DNA of 52,785 nucleotides, taken from assembly GCA_030167865.1 (NCBI GenBank), contig JALAGF010006405.1, forward strand, positions 1 through 52,785, read 5' to 3'. Below are positions 45,774 through 52,785 of this stretch, in pieces. Source of the stretch: Craspedostauros australis (lineage: Eukaryota). The translations under genes and the position numbers were made by a program. Within the stretch, counting starts at the first letter, position 1. Every line of letters begins with the position of its first letter. The notes below the pieces were generated by a model. That model was given only the letters and a program-made list of their open reading frames with translations, made no database searches and was not told the DNA's origin.

Positions 45774-47060
45774 TCAATTGACTTCACTATTGCCGTTCTG
45801 CTGCTTGATCTCCAATGATCGAATCTTCTTCAACAGAGAGGGCCGGTCCATGTCCTCTTCCAGCATCACATCATCTCTTTTCTCCAACCATTCATACAGC
45901 TCATCGATCCGCATTCGATCAAATTTGTCTCCAGTTGTTTTCGTCAAGTCCTCACAACTTGCACACAAATGAATCTCCTTCATCAGCTCAACTGAATCGA
46001 TCAGTTGACCGACCTCACGTTGTCGCCACACTTTGGCTATATTCTTCCCCACCACCCTGATGCACTCTTCTTTCATCACATAGCAGCTGTGTGCATCTGC
46101 AAATAACAGAAGATCGACACATGAAGCCAGGTGGAGATGCTTCGCTGTCAGCTTCGTCTCCAGCAAGATCTTGAGCTTCCAACAACCGAAGCGGTTGGCG
46201 ACGATCAGCAGATCTTGCAATTGACGTTGGGTCGTGTCATCTGTGAGGAAGGATGTATCATCAGCATAGATGAAACGAAGCATGAATCGGAAATGGTCGG
46301 GGTCGATCGTTGGAAACGAGATTGACTTTCCGTCACCATCCTCCTCCTCGACAGTTGTAGCTTCATCAATGAATGATTTCATGGCTGGTGCTCCTGCTAA
46401 CACGAACATGGTATTCGCTTTGATGCGTTGTTGCTGATCGCCGGTGCCAACAACGAAGGTGATGTCGGCGAGAGTTCCTGTACGAATCATCTTGAGCCGT
46501 TCTTTGTTGAAACCGAGGGATGGAGTCCAGCGCTTGCTGATGTGTTGGAGGTGATCGAAGTTGATGTGGACAGAGAGGGTGTCGTCATCGAGTCCATGGT
46601 CGAGCACATGCTTCATGGTTGTAACTTTGTCCCATCCCCAAGCGCTATTTTTGCCCAAACGATATGAATCTGTTTTTTCTCCTGTGGTGTTGGTGATACC
46701 CAACTTGGGAATCGAGGCTGTGTACTTCACAGAGTACTCTTCACCCAACAACCATGGCGCTTCGTCGAGACAAAGATACATCCCAAGATGATATCCTTGA
46801 GGTGAGTCAGAGCCTTCCCCTGACTGTGCACCTTGTTTTGAGAATCGTAGTTGCAACTTCCACCGAGCACCGCCACGCTCAAAGACAGGAGAGTACTTGT
46901 CTGTGTCTTTCTTGTATTTGATCTCAGAGAACTGATGGAACTTCACGACAATCAAGCGTTTCTCATGGTCATCATCGTGATCGTCGTCATTCTCATTCTT
47001 TCCCCGCTTGTCGACGTGTACGACCTTCACGGTCTCGTTGTCGTTGTGTGGTTGAGACAT
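45774..47060 (-). CDS. MATH-BTB (SPOP-like) Cullin-3 adaptor, paralog 2
   Basis: Colinear with paralog 1: SPVFERGGARWKL, ADITFVVG, FRFMLRFIYAD, LLLFADAHSC. The probable start is MSQPHND at 47060. Confidence 0.92.
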   Translation of the reverse strand: MSQPHNDNETVKVVHVDKRGKNENDDDHDDDHEKRLIVVKFHQFSEIKYKKDTDKYSPVFERGGARWKLQLRFSKQGAQSGEGSDSPQGYHLGMYLCLDEAPWLLGEEYSVKYTASIPKLGITNTTGEKTDSYRLGKNSAWGWDKVTTMKHVLDHGLDDDTLSVHINFDHLQHISKRWTPSLGFNKERLKMIRTGTLADITFVVGTGDQQQRIKANTMFVLAGAPAMKSFIDEATTVEEEDGDGKSISFPTIDPDHFRFMLRFIYADDTSFLTDDTTQRQLQDLLIVANRFGCWKLKILLETKLTAKHLHLASCVDLLLFADAHSCYVMKEECIRVVGKNIAKVWRQREVGQLIDSVELMKEIHLCASCEDLTKTTGDKFDRMRIDELYEWLEKRDDVMLEEDMDRPSLLKKIRSLEIKQQNGNSEVN

Positions 47061-47514
47061 CGTCGAAGATGATGTGGTTCTGAAACGAGAATGAGAGTCA
47101 GTGAGGGATGGAGGAAGAGACGAATGCTTGGAAGGGAGGCAGACAAAGGATATCCATTGTGATTTTTCCCCACGACGGAGGACCCTCCGTGTCAGGTCGC
47201 ACACTTCTACTAGCGGTGTGCGTGAACTGGTGCGTCCTGACACAAACGAAAAATACCGCGACGATTTGTCGCGACGTTTTATCGTGGTAGGCTTGTGCGA
47301 CCAAATGGCAAACAACACCCTTCCCACATCGCGTATTTCTTCGTGTTGTTTTGGGTTCTCAAACCACCAACCGATTCTTCGTGTTGTTTGTTGCTCCACA
47401 CAATATCGTGTGCTGTTGTGTGCATTCTATCCCAGGCACTCTCTACTTTTGCTTGTTGTTGTTTGGAGAGCGATTATGAATAGGAAGCTGCCTCTTCCAA
47501 CTGTTTCGCACAAT

Positions 47515-48762
47515 AGAGACTTCCTGAAACCCGAAACCAGTTTCCCGAAACGACACGTACTGTGACTATCAATAACGTCTACAAATAACGGCCCGAAATA
47601 TGACAGACGTCACCGACCGTGAACTAATAGTAGAATCAAGGGGGTCGTATGCAAGACTAGCAACGAAAATGTAGTTCTCTAAATGGTTCCTGTGCTCCTT
47701 CGTCTCATTCATCCAACCTCCTACCACATTTTGTTCCTCACATCCACATCGGCATCCCTGAGCTGTATCCGTCTCATCGGTTTCGTTCGTCTGCGTCGGA
47801 GGCGTTGCCATTGAGATTGTCGGCTTGTTTGTCCCTTGATGAACTAGGCGATATGATACATTGTATAATATTATCAGTTTCAGTTATTGTAATTATTGAC
47901 GACAACTATACATGTACAATGACACTTTATTCACATCTTTCGAAAGCCCTTGAGCACAGCTTTCCAACTATATGTTTATGTGTTATACTTCTTACTGCCA
48001 TCGTATTTCTTATCGAGCCTGAAGTACTCGTGAATTGAATTTGGACTGCGGGACTGGAGTGAAAATGTTCAGTGGCACGTAGATTGTCACAGCATCGCGG
48101 CGTTTTTCTGCGCATCAAAGCCGGTGGAACTGTCGTTGTCTTTCGCCTTCGGGGATACATTACTTTCCTCTTCCAGAGTTTGCCATCTCCAAGAACGAAG
48201 AGGAGGATGAGCGTCACTCAACCAGTGCTGAGCGAAGAAAGGTTAATGGGCGTATACGAAGACCGCAAACACATCATCGAGGATGATGGCAAGAAACGAC
48301 TTTGCCAATATTGCTGCCACTTTAAAGCCAAAAATAAAATTACTGACCTAGATAGAAACACGCCCAAGAGGGTGCAACGGAGCTTCAGGTTTTGAGGAGT
48401 CCATATCTGCAAAGAAATTTGGGACATCTACCACGGAAGGTTATGAAGTAGGATAAAGCATAAATTTAGTGTTCCAACGATAGCACTAGTAATCAAGGTA
48501 CCGATCTAGTTTTTTACATAGAACGTGGTAGCCTCCGAATAAGCGTATTTTATTGGTGGATCCTTGGGCTGTGCATGGATTCCGCGTGGAGGTAAATACT
48601 TCACGGGACACAAGGTATTTCGGGATCTTCCTCGGACCCGAAAAAAAAGGCCCCAGATGGCCATTTCCCGAAACTTTTTTTGGGCATGGCCGGCTCGAAA
48701 TGTCGCAGTATTGGGTTATGAGTTGTCCGTACGATTTAATTTTCGGGTTTCAGGAAGTCTCT
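47515..48762. mobile_element. Non-autonomous DNA transposon, 1248 bp, with perfect 22-bp TIRs and a probable AAT target-site duplication
   Basis: AGAGACTTCCTGAAACCCGAAA at 47515-47536 and its exact reverse complement at 48741-48762. AAT lies at 47512-47514 and at 48763-48765. The interior is more AT-rich than the host genes. Confidence 0.9.
48180..48447 (+). pseudogene. Decayed C-terminal Cys-rich domain of a piggyBac-like transposase
   Basis: KRLCQYCC...VQRSFRF*GVHICKEIWDIYHG* resembles the R.C..C...C..C.V.LC..C...YH zinc domain. There is an in-frame stop at 48393-48395 and some Cys residues are lost. Confidence 0.55.
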
Positions 48763-49143
48763 AATGTAACTGCCAAGGAACAATCTACGGTCTTTATTTT
48801 CATGTATGAGCCCGATCAGTGAGTCGACCAATCGTTTGAAATGAAGAGTGGAGTCGAATTTCTGGGATTTTCAAACTAAGCACATATTCGCAATCTTNAT
48901 AGATCTAAAACATATACCAATCCATTCCAGTTCCGAGGTTGGCCGTATTTTAAGTTTTATGGACCGATGGATTTGCACATTCGTCCATCTCCTTTGGGTT
49001 TCAGCCTTTTGGCTACGACTACATCGATCCAAGTTAACCCTTTGCTGTTCTTTGTTTCCGCAAGTTTGTTCCGATTTTGAATTGTTTAGTCTCCTTTTGA
49101 GGTGTTCCGATGAGACCATCCCACACCTCCTCCACGATAGCGC

Positions 49144-52100
49144 NNNNNNNNNNNNNNNNNNNNNNNNNNNNNNNNNNNNNNNNNNNNNNNNNNATTTTGA
49201 ATTGTTTAGTCTCCTTTTGAGGTGTTCCGATGAGACCATCCCACACCTCCTCCACGATAGCGCTAGTTGTAGAGTTTTGGGAGAAGCGGCGATTTCGCTT
49301 TTACATTCATTCTACCCTATGTTTGCCTGATCCGTCATCTACGTCACCAACCTGGATGCTGCGTCATGAACCACCAATCACAGGACGACATGAAACATCG
49401 TCTTGTGTGTTTCGTTGTGACGGAAGGGTTGAGTGTGGTTGGTACTCCCGAAGTGTTTTGTGTCATGCTGCCTTCGTTCATGTTGGTACAATAGTTGATA
49501 ATTGCCTCAGACCCCAAGATGTGCGACTGGTTGAGAGCGCCAAACTCGAAACAACAACATGACGATGGTGGAAACCCAAAAAAATCCCACAATGGCCGTC
49601 CAACGGCATCCTCGGCGCCGCACCAACCAGCGGTCCACCAACAAATCCAAGCACATCGCCGTCACCGCCATGCAACCCTTGGTGGGTGGACGAGCGGAGG
49701 CTGCGAGAGCGGTTGATTTGGGGCCGCCGCAGGCCTCCGCGCAAACGTCTCCAAAATGCGGCAAATTGGCTCGTTGGATGTAGCCTGTGTACTCCATGCA
49801 CAGGGCACACCAACACCTACGAATGGGCAAGGCGCATCCAAGAGGGCATCACCAACGCGCACACGAAGTTTGAGGGTCGGGGAGGATCGGGAAGGTGTCC
49901 GCGCGGAGGAAAAGGTGGAGGGCAAGAGTTTTGTTGGGCGGGTCGCGGCGTACTCATCACATGGCTTTGGCAGTGAGGGGGAGGCATCATCAAGCCACCN
50001 NNNNNNNNNNNNNNNNNNNNNNNNNNNNNNNNNNNNNNNNNNNNNNNNNCCAAACTGGCTGCTGCGTCATGAACCACCAATCACAGCACGATGTGAATCA
50101 TCATCAACTGCGTTTCGTCGTGACGGAATGGTCAAGTTGCGTTGGTACTCCCGAAGTGTTTTGTGTCATGCTGCCTTCGTTCATTTTGGTACAATAGTTG
50201 ATAATTGCCTCAGACCCCAAGATGTGCGACTGGTTGAGAGCGCCAAACTCGAAACAACAACATGACAATGGCGGATCACAAACAAAAATTCTACAATGGC
50301 CACCCAACGGCATCGTCAGCGCCGCACCAACCAGCGGCCCAATGAAAAATCCGAGCACATCGCCGTCACCGCAATACAACGTTTGGTGTGTGGGCGAGAG
50401 GGGGCTGCGATAGCGGTTCATTTGGGGCCGCGGCAGGCCCCCGCGCAAACGTCGCAAATTTGCGGCAGATTGGCTCGTTGGATGTGGCCTGCGTGCTCCA
50501 TACACAGCCCACACCAACACCTTTCGAGGGTCAAGGCGCATCCAAGAGGCCATCACCAACGCGCCCACGAAGTTTGAGGGTCGGGGAGGATCGGGAAGGT
50601 GTCCGCGCGGAGGAAAAGGTGCAGGGCAAGAGTTTTGTTGGGCGGGTCGCGGCGTTCCCATCACATGGCTTTGGCAGTGAGGGGGAGGCATCATCAAGCC
50701 ACCCAATCGCCAATTCGCCCGTACAAGATGCGTGCGCCACCAACGGAAGATGGTCCTGACGAAGTTTGCGCCTTCGATATTGTCTGAAAGAGGCTGCGGC
50801 CTCAAATGAGTACAGACAGGTCATTTTTTGGTGGGGCGCCCAAAAAAACAACGGCGTCATCATATGGAGGTGTACCATTGGTACCATTCATGCCCAGCCC
50901 CCTCTGGATGCATCAGCGCGTCGCCAGGGAGTGTGGTAATGCACGAGGGGCACGTGGAGGGGCTGAAAGGGTCATGTGGATGAGGTATGGATCCGTATCC
51001 ATACTGCGTCCGGCTTGCAAATCGTTTTTTGAAATCGCTCTTTTTCAGTGTATCGACACTTTGGGGCATGCAATGTGGCAGAAATGTTCTGTCCTTCATG
51101 GAGTGGATAGATGGGGAGCATACAGAGCCATTGTGGTGCGCAGTTTGCAGAAATACCAGAATGATGATGATGATCATGGGTGCTGAGGGGAGGGCAACAT
51201 TGCTTGATCGAGAATTTTGTGAATCCACCACACAACAGTGTGGTGGACCAACATGACAATAAAAATAACTTCTATTTCAATCTACCTCCGATATTCTGAT
51301 TCATTGATAGTCATGTGTACGAATGCAATGTATATATTTAATTGTAAACCATGTATTATTGAGATATAGCATGATAAGCAGATGTTTGGATGGATTTTGG
51401 ATGCTCTCTAGAGTAGTCTACGTATCACGACTCATCCCCCACAAAACTCCACAACTAGTGTTATNNNNNNNNNNNNNNNNNNNNNNNNNNNNNNNNNNNN
51501 NNNNNNNNNNNNNNNNNNNNNNNNNNNNNNNNNNNNNNNNNNNNNNNNNNNNNNNNNNNNNNNNNNNNNNNNNNNNNNNNNNNNNNNNNNNNNNNNNNNN
51601 NNNNNNNNNNNNNNNNNNNNNNNNNCTGGTGCATTGTGGATTGCCACAATTGCGGATGCTGCTGTTGCTTTGTTTGTTGTGTTGGTTTCTGTCTTGGTGA
51701 GCACAGCCTCCTGGTTTTGTTTGCGTTGCTTGGCACCGTACGCTGCAAACAGCGACGCTTTCACGCGCATGGGACTTGCGTGCAGTTGTACGTACCAGTC
51801 AGTTTTGGTTCTTTCGTTGCCCATCAATTGCTCGTGTGCTTCGTGCTCGGATGGTCTGTTTTTCGGATCCTTCGCGGACGCTTTGCAGATGTCCTTCAAT
51901 TTCGCCGCGATGTAGTCTGGTAGTTTGGCGTTGGTCCGTGCTGTTTTGCTTGCCCAGCCTTTTACCGCGAGTGGTGGGTGTTCTGTTCCTGCTGTCTGGT
52001 CTTGGAACGCTGTGGTGTGATCGGACGGTAGGTGTCGTTGTCCGTCTTGGAGGGCTTTGCCGATCGCGAACGCCTTGCTCTCTGTTGCTGTACGCCCCAT

Positions 52101-52599
52101 TTTGCGCGTCTTGTCCGTCTTCCTGAATGATTCGGACGTAATTGCCGGCTTGTCGGACGTGAATGTTTTGTCCGCGATGACACCCAACTCGTTGATACTC
52201 CAGCCCTCCCATTCGGTGCTCTTCACCACGACGTCTTCGGTGATGCCAGATGCAGCCACCAACCGCGCCTGGTCATCGTCATACTTCACCTCGTGAGTTT
52301 GACGTACCTGTTGTCCACTTGCACAGAATCGTCGTTTTGGTGCGCCTGGAAACGTCGTGATGTTGCCTTCAAGGGACGACGCGTTGACAAGTACTGTTGT
52401 CGTGCCTGCGATGTTACCGGCAACCAGTGCCTCGAAGAGTTGCAGCGGGGTCTTGATGTCCTTGCCACTTTGCACGTATTTTCGCAGTACACGTGTGATG
52501 TACGCGAAGTGGGTGTCCAGCATGCTCTTACCNNNNNNNNNNNNNNNNNNNNNNNNNNNNNNNNNNNNNNNNNNNNNNNNNNNNNNNNNNNNNNNNNNN
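49144..52599. other. Assembly gaps (N runs) at 49144-49193, 50000-50049, 51465-51625 and 52533-52599
   Basis: N runs are visible and cluster in the repeat-rich end. Confidence 1.
49347..50703. repeat. Two diverged direct copies of a ~650-bp unit separated by an assembly gap
   Basis: 49347-49999 and 50050-50703 are colinear from GCTGCGTCATGAACCACCAATCACAG to GAGGCATCATCAAGCCACC, with many substitutions. Confidence 0.9.
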
Positions 52600-52785
52600 A
52601 GTTTGGACGTGATGAGCGCGATGTGCTCGTGACTGGCAAAACAACACGCGTTATCGCTCTGTAGGATGATTTCAGTCACGGATGGGTAAATGTCTTTGAC
52701 CTTTTGTTGCACGATGTCAAGTAGTCCACCAACTTGAAGTGTGTCTTGCGTCGGTCTTCCATCGACCACAATGTCGATGAACCGA
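51626..52785 (-). mobile_element. DNA transposase, C-terminal half, Sola-like (closest to the Sola3 pattern); runs off the window end
   Basis: Contains QD....V...L, IILQSDNACCF and GKSMLDTHF (second and third catalytic Asp in SDNA and GK...D contexts), then G.DIKTP.QLFEAL. Interrupted by an N gap at 52533-52599; the 3' end falls in gap 51465-51625. Confidence 0.7.

Noticed and set aside
47061..47399. 113-aa N-terminal extension of MATH-BTB paralog 2 in the ORF track
   Set aside because: It begins at a non-ATG codon, has no counterpart in paralog 1, and looks like promoter/UTR sequence.
49034..49043. TTAACCCTTT resembling a piggyBac end
   Set aside because: No matching inverted partner was found in the readable sequence.
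49074..49263. Exact 70-bp direct repeat (49074-49143 and 49194-49263)
   Set aside because: The copies flank a 50-N gap exactly, which is typical of an unmerged contig overlap.

Overview
Eukaryotic nuclear DNA, very probably from a diatom. The evidence is GT-AG introns, a DUF6824 protein, an HSF, MATH-BTB genes, a bipartite plastid-type presequence and microsatellite-rich intergenic DNA. It is a draft assembly with four N gaps. From left to right the window holds: the 3' end of a decayed non-LTR retrotransposon abutting a host-gene tail; a chorismate-lyase-like gene; a ~260-bp tandem array; several orphan or membrane proteins; DUF6824, PDZ, HSF (spliced) and cysteine dioxygenase (spliced) genes; a GT7+GT61 double glycosyltransferase; a ZZ zinc-finger protein; a SAM methyltransferase; and two tandem MATH-BTB paralogs. 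The right end is transposon-rich, with a 1248-bp TIR element with an AAT target duplication, a 650-bp duplication and a Sola-like transposase. The best novelty candidates are (1) a methyltransferase with an eEF1B-type domain inserted inside its fold, a possible eEF1A-docking methyltransferase; (2) the GT7-GT61 fusion with degenerate catalytic motifs; and (3) the AAT-TSD element carrying a piggyBac-like Cys-rich remnant. All domain calls come from motif recognition by eye; no database searches were run.
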